Made by a program: the position numbers and the translations under genes. From a bacterium (GTDB lineage: Bacteria; DRYD01): a stretch of 34,587 nucleotides of DNA. Positions 7,276-15,382 of the stretch are shown here, piece by piece (within the stretch, counting starts at the first letter, position 1; every line of letters starts with the position of its first letter). The notes under the pieces are model-generated. The model did not search any database, was not told the origin of the DNA, and was given only the letters and a program-made list of their open reading frames with translations. The stretch is from contig JBKBIY010000001.1 of NCBI GenBank assembly GCA_046294045.1, positions 1 to 34,587 on the forward strand, given 5' to 3'.

Positions 7276-9669
7276 TTATTTTATTAATTTTTCTTGTACT
7301 TTTCTTATTCCCGTAATTTTTTCAAAATTTTCAAGTATTTGATTAGCGATATCTATTACTTCGGGTTTAACACCTGCTAATTTAGCTACAAATATTCCAT
7401 AACTTTTTTGAGCCGCTCCTTTTAACACTTTGTAAGTAAAAACAATTTCTTCTCCCTTTTCCAAAACTTGAACATTATAATTAGAAACTGAATGTATAAA
7501 CTTTTCAAGATTGGATAATTGATGAAAATGCGTAGCTAAAATTGATCTGCATTTAACTTTAGAGGCTAAGTATTGACAAACTGCCCAAGCTATAGCCATT
7601 CCATCATAAGTACTTGTACCTCTACCAAGCTCATCCATAATAACCAAACTTCTTTCAGTACAATTATCAAGTATATAAGCTGTTTCTAACATTTCAACCA
7701 TAAAAGTACTTCTATTTTTTATTATATCATCAGAAGCTCCTATTCTGGTAAATATTCCATCAGCGATTCCGATTATAGCTTTTGAAGCGGGAACAAAGCT
7801 TCCAAACTGAGCTAACAAAACATTTAAAGCTACACTTTTAAGAAAAGTAGACTTACCTCCCATATTGGGCCCCGTAAGAATAATAAAGAATTTTTCTTCA
7901 TCCATATAAACATCATTAGGGACAAACTTTTCAAAATATTTTTCATAAATCGGATGCCTCAAATCCTTAACATCCAATATTTTCCTATCTACTAAGATTG
8001 GTTCTGTATAATTATTAACCACTGCAGCATAAGCTAAGCTTATAATAATATCTAAAAAAGAAATGTTTTCTATTAATTCCATTAAATAAATTCTGTTTTC
8101 ATTTGCTAACGAGATGATATTTTTGATTATTTCTTGCTGGATGGAATTTATAGAGTTTACTGCATTTTCAAGCTTAGCTTCAAATTCTTTTAACTCTTTT
8201 GTAGAATATCTTTCAGCATTTACAAGTGTTTGTTTCCTTTCAAAATAAGAAGGTACAAGATTTAAGTTAGCTTTACTAACCTCTATATAATAACCAAATA
8301 CCTGATTATAAGAAATTTTTAAAGATCTTATACCTGTACTCAATCTAAGTTCGTTTTCATACCTCTTGAGCCATTCCTCATTATTCTTAAGTAAATAAAT
8401 ATACTCATCTAATTTATCGTTAAATCCCTCTTTTAATATCAGATCTACATGTTGAAAACTTTTTATTTCGTCCTCAATAGCTAGTAAAACAATATTTTTT
8501 AGTTCATTTATCTTTTCCAAATTTTTATTTACTTTTTCAAATACTTCTTTTAACAGATAAGGAGAAAAATCTATACTTGTATTAGCAAAATAATCCATGG
8601 ATATGAAAAAATTTTTAAGCATCACAAGATCTTTAAAATTATACTTAAAAAGAGAGAATCTTGATAATAATCTTTCAATATCTGGTATTTTTTTTAGTTT
8701 TTCTCTTAGTTCTATTATCAATTCAGGATTATTAACAAAAAATTTTACACATTCAAGCCTTTGATTTATTTTTTCTATATTTTTTAAAGGTTGAGTGATA
8801 AAAATTTTAAATCTTCTAGCTCCAAACGATGTAGAAGTATGATCCAATACTTCACTTAGGGAATATTTATTTCCTACTATTTCCAAATTTTTCAAAGTAG
8901 AAGCATCAAGCCATAAAATATCGTCGCTAAAACTCTTTAACCTAAATTTAACGGAGCTAGAATTTGTTATTATCATATTTTTTTCTAAGTAATTTATAAA
9001 CAATTCAAAAGTATTAACAAAATCCCCGTTTTCAAGTAAAAATAAAGTACTCTCATCAGCTACATAATTCTTCATTTGCTCATAATCATACTTTTTACTA
9101 TCTAAAACTATTGAATTAGAATATTTACTAACATAATTCTTTTCAACATTTTTAGAGAAAACAATTTCAGAAGGATTAAAATATGAGATCATATTTGACA
9201 AATTTTTAGTTACAATAGCATAACCTTCCAATACACTTATATCAACCGCAATAATGTAAAAAGAAGAATTTTTATAATCCACAACCATTAGAAAATTAAA
9301 ATCTTTTTCATTTAGATAATTATATGAGGTTATAGTTCCAGGAGTGATTATTTCTACGATATCACGTTTAACGAGATTACCTTTTGATATTTGAGCATCT
9401 TCAAGTTGTTCAGCTATAGCTACTTTATAGCCAGCATTTAAAAGATTTTTTATATAGTTATCAACGCTGTGAAAAGGTACGCCTGCCATCGGAACAGTTT
9501 TTCCATCGGGTAAAGTTCTCTTAGTTAAAACCACTGAATTTATTTGTGAAAATATATGTGCATCTTCAAAATAGGTTTCATAAAAATCTCCAACTCGAAA
9601 AAGTAAAATTGCATCTTTAGCTTTCTCCTTTAACTGTAAATATTGCTTAAAAAGAGGAGTGACATTCAT
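7276..9669 (-). CDS. mutS: DNA mismatch repair protein MutS
   Basis: 797 aa. N-terminal TPLFKQYLQLKEKAKDAILLFRVGDFYETYFEDA, Walker A TGPNMGGKST, and DELGRGTSTYDG. Confidence 0.97.
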   Translation of the reverse strand: MNVTPLFKQYLQLKEKAKDAILLFRVGDFYETYFEDAHIFSQINSVVLTKRTLPDGKTVPMAGVPFHSVDNYIKNLLNAGYKVAIAEQLEDAQISKGNLVKRDIVEIITPGTITSYNYLNEKDFNFLMVVDYKNSSFYIIAVDISVLEGYAIVTKNLSNMISYFNPSEIVFSKNVEKNYVSKYSNSIVLDSKKYDYEQMKNYVADESTLFLLENGDFVNTFELFINYLEKNMIITNSSSVKFRLKSFSDDILWLDASTLKNLEIVGNKYSLSEVLDHTSTSFGARRFKIFITQPLKNIEKINQRLECVKFFVNNPELIIELREKLKKIPDIERLLSRFSLFKYNFKDLVMLKNFFISMDYFANTSIDFSPYLLKEVFEKVNKNLEKINELKNIVLLAIEDEIKSFQHVDLILKEGFNDKLDEYIYLLKNNEEWLKRYENELRLSTGIRSLKISYNQVFGYYIEVSKANLNLVPSYFERKQTLVNAERYSTKELKEFEAKLENAVNSINSIQQEIIKNIISLANENRIYLMELIENISFLDIIISLAYAAVVNNYTEPILVDRKILDVKDLRHPIYEKYFEKFVPNDVYMDEEKFFIILTGPNMGGKSTFLKSVALNVLLAQFGSFVPASKAIIGIADGIFTRIGASDDIIKNRSTFMVEMLETAYILDNCTERSLVIMDELGRGTSTYDGMAIAWAVCQYLASKVKCRSILATHFHQLSNLEKFIHSVSNYNVQVLEKGEEIVFTYKVLKGAAQKSYGIFVAKLAGVKPEVIDIANQILENFEKITGIRKVQEKLIK

Positions 9670-10787
9670 AGATAATTTAAAGGATTAACAGGTTGACCAT
9701 TTATTTGGATTTCAAAATGCAGATGAGGACCTGTGGAATTACCGGTAGAGCCAACTCTTCCTATTACTTGCCCTTTGCTAACAACCTGACCTTTGTAAAC
9801 ACTAATAGAAGAGCAATGAGCGTATAAGGTAGAGATTCCGCTACCATGATCTATTATTATGGTATTGCCGTATCCGTAGTACCAGCCTGCAAATATAACA
9901 ACACCATCTGCAGCAGCATATATAGGAGCTCCGTAAGGAGCACCAATATCAATACCCGAATGAAAACGAGTACCACCCCAAATAGGATGAACCCTATAAC
10001 CAAAATAAGAAGTTATAACCGATGAAGTAGTGGGCCACAAAAATCTTCCCCCCCTGTAAATCCTTGTTCTACTTACATTCCTTGCAATATACCTTTGTAA
10101 TTCTTCATATTTCTCCTTTTGAATACTTTCGTAATACTCTATATTTTGCTTAGTTTTATTTATCTCTTCTTGATATTTTCTTAATAACTCTTGCCTTTTA
10201 GCTAAAAGAGAAGAATAATACTTTTTTTCGGATTCCAGTTTTTTTTCTACATTTTCTAATTCTTTAGATAAATTTATTAATTCCGCATTTTTTTTTATCA
10301 ATTCCGTTTTTTTATTATTTAAAGTGCTTATTAACTCAACATCGGTTTTTATTAGCTCTTTTAGTATATACCAGTAATCAAGAAAAAGATCAGGCGATTT
10401 AGCACTAAAAATTACAACTACAAAATTAAGATCATACTTTAGAAAAGTTATAATTTTATTTTCTAAAACATTATTGATTTCTATTATTTTTCTTTTTATT
10501 TCGTCCATTTGTGAGGATAAAAATTTCATTCTTTTTTGTATTTCATTTTTTCTTTTTTTAGTAACATATACTCTATACTCCAATTCGGTCAATTCTTGCC
10601 ATGTTTTATTAAGCTGACGCTCTATATCCTTTTTAGCTAAATTCTGATAATAAAGCTTTGTTTTATTTTCCTTCACTTTTTGTTTTAAATAAAATATCTG
10701 TTTTTTTAATTCTTCAACTTGTGTTGAATAACTAAAAGAAAAAATAGATATTATAATAAAAAAGATAAGAATTATTTTTTTATTCAT
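9666..10787 (-). CDS. M23-family peptidase with N-terminal coiled coil (EnvC-like murein hydrolase/activator)
   Basis: 373 aa: signal peptide, then about 220 aa of K/E/L/Q-rich coiled coil, then a C-terminal LytM domain with intact HxxxD (HSGIDIG) and HxH (GPHLHFEI). ATGA overlap with mutS and 8-nt overlap with ftsX. Confidence 0.9.
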   Translation of the reverse strand: MNKKIILIFFIIISIFSFSYSTQVEELKKQIFYLKQKVKENKTKLYYQNLAKKDIERQLNKTWQELTELEYRVYVTKKRKNEIQKRMKFLSSQMDEIKRKIIEINNVLENKIITFLKYDLNFVVVIFSAKSPDLFLDYWYILKELIKTDVELISTLNNKKTELIKKNAELINLSKELENVEKKLESEKKYYSSLLAKRQELLRKYQEEINKTKQNIEYYESIQKEKYEELQRYIARNVSRTRIYRGGRFLWPTTSSVITSYFGYRVHPIWGGTRFHSGIDIGAPYGAPIYAAADGVVIFAGWYYGYGNTIIIDHGSGISTLYAHCSSISVYKGQVVSKGQVIGRVGSTGNSTGPHLHFEIQINGQPVNPLNYL

Positions 10788-11667
10788 CTTCGGCCAATTT
10801 TTTAAGGTATCTTTCTATTGTAACGGAAACAAAAAATACGGAAACAATCACAGATACTACAAAAATAGTGTTTCTAATGAATATAAGATAATCCACAGGA
10901 AGCAGACTAAAAAAAGCAATTTCTGAATTGAATTTATTATATATATATCCATATCCTATTCTTAGAAAATAGTGAGAAATTAATGAAGAAATTAGTAAAA
11001 CAATGAATATTTCAAAAAACAAAGGGGACTTAATAAACCATCCAGTAGCTCCCACCAAATTCATTATTTTTATCTCATTTTTCCTCGATAAAATTGACAT
11101 TTTAACTGTATTGTTTATAATCAATATAACTCCTACTGATAGAAAAATTATTATTCCAAACAAAACCTTTTTCAAGACACCAAAAATGCTATTTATATTT
11201 CTAGCATATTCTTGCCAATATATAACATCCTTTACGATTTCTTCTTTTTTTAATTTTGAAGCGAAACTATCTATAAATTCCGGATCCTTTAGTTTTATAT
11301 ATACTATATCCCCCATAGGTAAATTAGCATATTGAATATTTAAATCATTTTTTATCCTATTTAAAAGCTCATTTTTTGAAACCAAAGTAGTACTTAAAAC
11401 CTTTTCATCTTTCTCAAGTTTATATATAAATTCTGATACCTTTTGAGGTTTCACATCCTTTTTTAAATATACATGAATGGTTATCTGAGAAATCATTTTT
11501 TGTTTAAAATTTTCCATGTTGTAGTATATTAATATTATAAATTGAAGTACGAAGAAAGAAAAAGATACCACAGTAACAGCAGTAAAAAACATTCCCCAAT
11601 TCTTGCTTATGTTATCAAGTATTTCTTTAAATAAAGAAACTATTATAGTTTCGAGATATTTAAACAT
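10780..11667 (-). CDS. ftsX: Cell-division permease-like protein FtsX
   Basis: 295 aa. One TM helix, a loop domain of about 115 aa, then three C-terminal TM helices (FtsX architecture). Translationally coupled to the M23/EnvC-like gene. Confidence 0.8.
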   Translation of the reverse strand: MFKYLETIIVSLFKEILDNISKNWGMFFTAVTVVSFSFFVLQFIILIYYNMENFKQKMISQITIHVYLKKDVKPQKVSEFIYKLEKDEKVLSTTLVSKNELLNRIKNDLNIQYANLPMGDIVYIKLKDPEFIDSFASKLKKEEIVKDVIYWQEYARNINSIFGVLKKVLFGIIIFLSVGVILIINNTVKMSILSRKNEIKIMNLVGATGWFIKSPLFFEIFIVLLISSLISHYFLRIGYGYIYNKFNSEIAFFSLLPVDYLIFIRNTIFVVSVIVSVFFVSVTIERYLKKLAEDE

Positions 11668-11681
11668 AGGCGAAAAATTTT

Positions 11682-12107
11682 TTATTTTTTCTTATCGGGA
11701 TTACGTGCGCCGTATTTAGATCTACTTTGTCTTCTTTTTTCTACACCAGCAGCATCCAATTTTCCTCTAACAACTTTATATCTTATACCCGGTAAATCTT
11801 TTACCCTTCCTCCTCTTATAAGTACCACCGAGTGCTCTTGCAAATTGTGCCCCTCACCGGGAATATAAGCAGTCACTTCCATTCCATTACTTAATCTTAC
11901 CTTAGTTACCTTTCTTAAAGCTGAGTTTGGTTTTTTAGGTGTAATAGTCTTTACTTGTATACACACTCCCCTTTTTTGAGGAGCACCTTTAGGATCCCAA
12001 TATACCCTTCCTTCAATTGAATTATAATAATAATGTAGAGCAGGTACTTTTGATTTCTTTTTCAAACTTTTTCTACCTTTTCTTATTAACTGATTTATGG
12101 TAGGCAT
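11682..12107 (-). CDS. rpsL: 30S ribosomal protein S12 (long form)
   Basis: 141 aa: [62 protein letters not shown]. It carries an 18-aa segment ([18 protein letters not shown]) between PAL and PQKRGVC. Confidence 0.97.
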   Translation of the reverse strand: MPTINQLIRKGRKSLKKKSKVPALHYYYNSIEGRVYWDPKGAPQKRGVCIQVKTITPKKPNSALRKVTKVRLSNGMEVTAYIPGEGHNLQEHSVVLIRGGRVKDLPGIRYKVVRGKLDAAGVEKRRQSRSKYGARNPDKKK

Positions 12108-12129
12108 CTTTAACCTCCTTTTGGTATTT

Positions 12130-12837
12130 TTAAACTCCTTTTGATATTATTGTCCCTAAATTCTCTCCATAAATTATTTTCCTTATGTTACCATAATCCT
12201 TTATACTAAAAACAATAATAGGAATGTTATATTCCATTGATAAAGAAATAGCCGTACTATCCATAAAACTAAGGTTTTTATCTATTACTTCTTTATAATC
12301 TATTTGGTTGTATTTAAGTGCATTTGGATTTATTTCAGGATCGCTAGAATATACACCGTCTACTTTAGTAGCTTTTAGAATAATTTGGCATTCTAGTTCA
12401 AGAGCTTTTAAAACAGCTGCAGTATCGGTAGAGAAGAAGGGGTTACCGGTACCACCTGCTATTATAACCACTCTTCCTTTTTCAAGATGCCTAAGAGCTC
12501 TTCTTCTTATAAAAGGTTCAGCTACTGACTTTACTTCCAAAGATGTCATAACCCTTGTTTGTATCCCTTGGTTCTCCAAGACTTCCTGGAAAGCCAAAGC
12601 GTTTATAACAGTAGCTAACATTCCCATATAGTCAGCAGTTGCTCTATTTATACCTGTTAAATCCCTACCTCTTACGAAATTTCCTCCACCCACCACAATT
12701 ATAAACTGAACCCCTTGTAGATAAAGATCCTTAATTTCTTCGGCGTATTTTTTAAGAATGTCAAAATCTATGCCTACCCTTTTTTCCCCTCCAAACATCT
12801 CCCCACTTAATTTTAACAAAACTCTTTTATACTTCAT
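12130..12837 (-). CDS. pyrH: UMP kinase
   Basis: 235 aa: [33 protein letters not shown]. Confidence 0.95.
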   Translation of the reverse strand: MKYKRVLLKLSGEMFGGEKRVGIDFDILKKYAEEIKDLYLQGVQFIIVVGGGNFVRGRDLTGINRATADYMGMLATVINALAFQEVLENQGIQTRVMTSLEVKSVAEPFIRRRALRHLEKGRVVIIAGGTGNPFFSTDTAAVLKALELECQIILKATKVDGVYSSDPEINPNALKYNQIDYKEVIDKNLSFMDSTAISLSMEYNIPIIVFSIKDYGNIRKIIYGENLGTIISKGV

Positions 12838-12840
12838 AAG

Positions 12841-13713
12841 CTATCTACCTATTTCAAATCTTGCAAATTTTTTAATAACTATGTTTTCTTTTAAATTTGA
12901 TGAAACAGACTTAACATAATCCTTAAATTTAGGTAGTTTTAAGGATTCATCATAGAAAGACTGCTCCATAAGTACATTATCTTCCATCATTTTTAATACT
13001 TTTCCTTCTGCTATTTTTTGAGCTACATGTTCAGGTTTTCCTTCACTTTTTGCTTGCTCAAAAGCAATTTTTTTACTTTCCTCTATTTCGTTAGAAGGTA
13101 TGGAAGATATGTCAACATAAACGGGCTTCATGGAAGCTATTTGGAAAGCTGTTTTGGTACCAAATTCCTCTTTAATTTGAGCATTTTCATTTATGGATTT
13201 TTCAAATCCAATTAAAACAATAACTCCGACTCTGTAATTGAAATGTAAGTAATCAAATATTACTTCATTTTCACCTGCTTGACACTTTTCAACTCTTGAT
13301 AACCTAATATTCTCACCAAAGATAGATATATTTTCATTTAAGTATGTTCGTAAATTTTTAGAGGGTTCATATTCCATTTCAAGAGCTTCTTCTAAGCTTG
13401 AGAAATCTTTTTTATAAAGAAAATCGGCTATATTCTGAGCAAGTTCTATAAATTTTTGGTTTCTTGCTACGAAATCGGTTTCACACGCTAATTCTATCAT
13501 AACAGCTTTAGATCTATCATTTTTTATAAATATTACGCCTTCTTTGGTCGTTCTATCCAGTTTTTTGGCTGCTTTTGCTGCTCCCTTTGCTAAAAGTATT
13601 TTTTTAGCTTTCTCTATATCCCCTTGCGATTCTATTAAAGCGCTTTTACACTCTGTTATTCCTGCTCCTGTTTCCTCTCTTAATTGCTTTATCATCTCCA
13701 TAGATACTGTCAT
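12841..13713 (-). CDS. tsf: Translation elongation factor Ts
   Basis: 290 aa. N-terminal UBA-like IKQLREETGAGITECKSALIESQGDIEKAKKILLAKG, and CETDFVARN. Confidence 0.95.
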   Translation of the reverse strand: MTVSMEMIKQLREETGAGITECKSALIESQGDIEKAKKILLAKGAAKAAKKLDRTTKEGVIFIKNDRSKAVMIELACETDFVARNQKFIELAQNIADFLYKKDFSSLEEALEMEYEPSKNLRTYLNENISIFGENIRLSRVEKCQAGENEVIFDYLHFNYRVGVIVLIGFEKSINENAQIKEEFGTKTAFQIASMKPVYVDISSIPSNEIEESKKIAFEQAKSEGKPEHVAQKIAEGKVLKMMEDNVLMEQSFYDESLKLPKFKDYVKSVSSNLKENIVIKKFARFEIGR

Positions 13714-13731
13714 AACTCTCTCCTCCTTAGT

Positions 13732-14502
13732 TTACTTATTCATAACTTCCAATACTTTTTCAAGTATTTCTTGAGGAATATAGAAATTTAGATGTGCTTT
13801 TTGGACATCATCGTGATCCTCTAAAGCTTCTGCTAATTTTAATACACTAACAGCTTTATCAACGTCATCTATTAACACAGTATTTTTGGGGATATAGGTA
13901 ATGTCTGCGTTAGTATAATTTAAATTCATTTTTTCTAGCTTATCCTTAACTTCTTCAAAATTTTCAACGTTTACTACTAATTCAACTTCGTTATCACTTA
14001 CCTTTAAATCCTCAATATAATCAAGGAGATTATTTAAAAGGGTATTTTCGAGTTCAGAAGGATTTTTAACGTCGTTAAAAATAAAAACACCTTTTCTATC
14101 GAAAATCCAGGCTACGCTTCCACTTTCCCCAAGATTTCCGTTATATTTTTGAAAGATCTTTCTTATCTCCGAGGCTGTCCTGTTTTTATTATCAGTTATT
14201 ATTTCTAATAAAACAGCTACTCCATAAGGTCCGTAACCTTCGTATAAGGTTTCGTATAATTCTTCTCCTTCCAATTTTCCTTGTAATTTTAAAAGAATTT
14301 TTTCTATATTATCAGAGGAAAATCCTGCAGCTTTTGCTTTTTTTATAGCTAAGCGAAGTTTGGAGTTAGTTTCAGGATTTGGTCCCCCTTCCCTTGCCGC
14401 TACAGTAATCTCTCTACTTATTTTACTAAACAACTTTCCTCTGATTTTGTCCATTCTTTCCTTACGATGTTTTATGTTATGCCATTTAGAATGTCCAGCC
14501 AT
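13732..14502 (-). CDS. yebC: YebC/PmpR-family transcriptional regulator
   Basis: 256 aa with the hallmark N-terminus MAGHSKWHNIKHRK and LRLAIKKAKAAGFSSDNIE. GGAGGGG SD. Confidence 0.95.
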   Translation of the reverse strand: MAGHSKWHNIKHRKERMDKIRGKLFSKISREITVAAREGGPNPETNSKLRLAIKKAKAAGFSSDNIEKILLKLQGKLEGEELYETLYEGYGPYGVAVLLEIITDNKNRTASEIRKIFQKYNGNLGESGSVAWIFDRKGVFIFNDVKNPSELENTLLNNLLDYIEDLKVSDNEVELVVNVENFEEVKDKLEKMNLNYTNADITYIPKNTVLIDDVDKAVSVLKLAEALEDHDDVQKAHLNFYIPQEILEKVLEVMNK

Positions 14503-14627
14503 TTAATAAAACCCCTCCTACTCATTTTATTCTTTACAAACCATCCTTAACCTCCCAAATAAAACCTTAAACTAAGGATTTTTTTTATTTTTGCATAATT
14601 ATTTATTAGGGGTGAAATATTTCGATT
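14503..14627. promoter_or_regulatory. Divergent intergenic region between yebC and the prepilin gene (presumed promoters for both)
   Basis: It is one of only two divergent spacers in the window, so it is a logical start point for the long minus-strand array. SDs lie on both flanks. The promoter hexamers could not be assigned with confidence. Confidence 0.3.
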
Positions 14628-15353
14628 ATGATAAACATAAGAAAAAAAGGATTAACAATTGTAGAAATAATAATATCTTTTTCTGTAGCTTTTATTCTTA
14701 TTACATCTATATACGCAATAATATACTGGGGACTAAAAGTAAACACAATAAATGAATACTATCTCGATGTTAACAACATACTTATTTTCATATCTAATGA
14801 AGTACAAAATAATCCCAGCTTGTATTTACAATATGATAGTAATCGAAATAGAATAACACTTACCCAAGACGCAGAAGCAAAACTTCTTGGAAAGCTATTT
14901 CTATACAACTACAAAATAAAAAATAAACAAGATTATAAGGTAAAATTTGAAAAAATAGAAAGACTTACAACAGAAAATCTTGATAGAATTGTAAAAGTAG
15001 ATATATCAGTTAAATGGTATTATAAAAACAAAGAACACATAACTTTAACCACAATATTTTTACCACTTTATCATATAAATGAATCTCCCCCTAATCCTTT
15101 ACCTGAAAACTCAGATATATATACAGAAAATACAAACACAACGACAAACACAACAACAAACACAAATACTACAAATTTTATAACAACAAATACTACATTT
15201 GTAACTACCACTACAACAACAAATATCGCAACTCCAACAACCTATCCAAATGTTACAATTTCAACAGTTAATAATTCAACTCAAACTTTTACAACATTTT
15301 TTACTAATGATAGGATACCAACAACTGCTTTACAACCTCCAAACTCATTTTAA
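14628..15353 (+). CDS. Prepilin-type N-terminal cleavage/methylation domain protein (type IV pilin or pseudopilin) with Thr/Asn-rich tail
   Basis: 241 aa. The class III signal is MINIRKKG|LTIVEIIISFSVAFILITSIY, with Gly at -1, Glu at +5 and a hydrophobic helix. The C-terminal part is low complexity. Confidence 0.8.
   Translation: MINIRKKGLTIVEIIISFSVAFILITSIYAIIYWGLKVNTINEYYLDVNNILIFISNEVQNNPSLYLQYDSNRNRITLTQDAEAKLLGKLFLYNYKIKNKQDYKVKFEKIERLTTENLDRIVKVDISVKWYYKNKEHITLTTIFLPLYHINESPPNPLPENSDIYTENTNTTTNTTTNTNTTNFITTNTTFVTTTTTTNIATPTTYPNVTISTVNNSTQTFTTFFTNDRIPTTALQPPNSF
15120..15312 (+). repeat. Coding low-complexity ACA/AAC-rich tract (Thr/Asn-rich tail of the pilin-like protein)
   Basis: Encodes TENTNTTTNTTTNTNTTNFITTNTTFVTTTTTTNIATPTTYPNVTISTVNNSTQTFTTFFTND. 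The nucleotide tract is visible from about 15121. Confidence 0.8.
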
Positions 15354-15382
15354 CAGATCCAAAAACATAATAAGCTGAGTAT

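Noticed and set aside
11003-11335. 110-aa plus-strand ORF antisense to ftsX
   Set aside because: It is fully nested antisense within a well-supported gene. It has no SD and its composition is the mirror of the sense frame. The same reasoning applies to 12308-12631 (antisense to pyrH).
11748-12045. Apparent 15-aa insertion in ribosomal protein S12 relative to E. coli ([18 protein letters not shown] between PAL and PQKRGVC)
   Set aside because: As far as I recall, the 138-aa S12 of Bacillus subtilis has an insertion at the same position with a similar YNS core (..PALNKGYNSFKKEH..PQKRGVC). This is therefore the known long-form S12 and a taxonomic hint, not a novelty.
13018-13774. Plus-strand ORFs 13018-13215 and 13544-13774
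   Set aside because: They are antisense to tsf and the yebC 3' end, which are both unambiguous genes.
14565-14594. Small hairpin CCTTA-AAC-TAAGG followed by a T-run, resembling an intrinsic terminator
   Set aside because: The stem is only 5 bp with 2 GC pairs. It lies in a divergent promoter region with no upstream gene on either strand to terminate, so it is probably a chance feature of AT-rich DNA.
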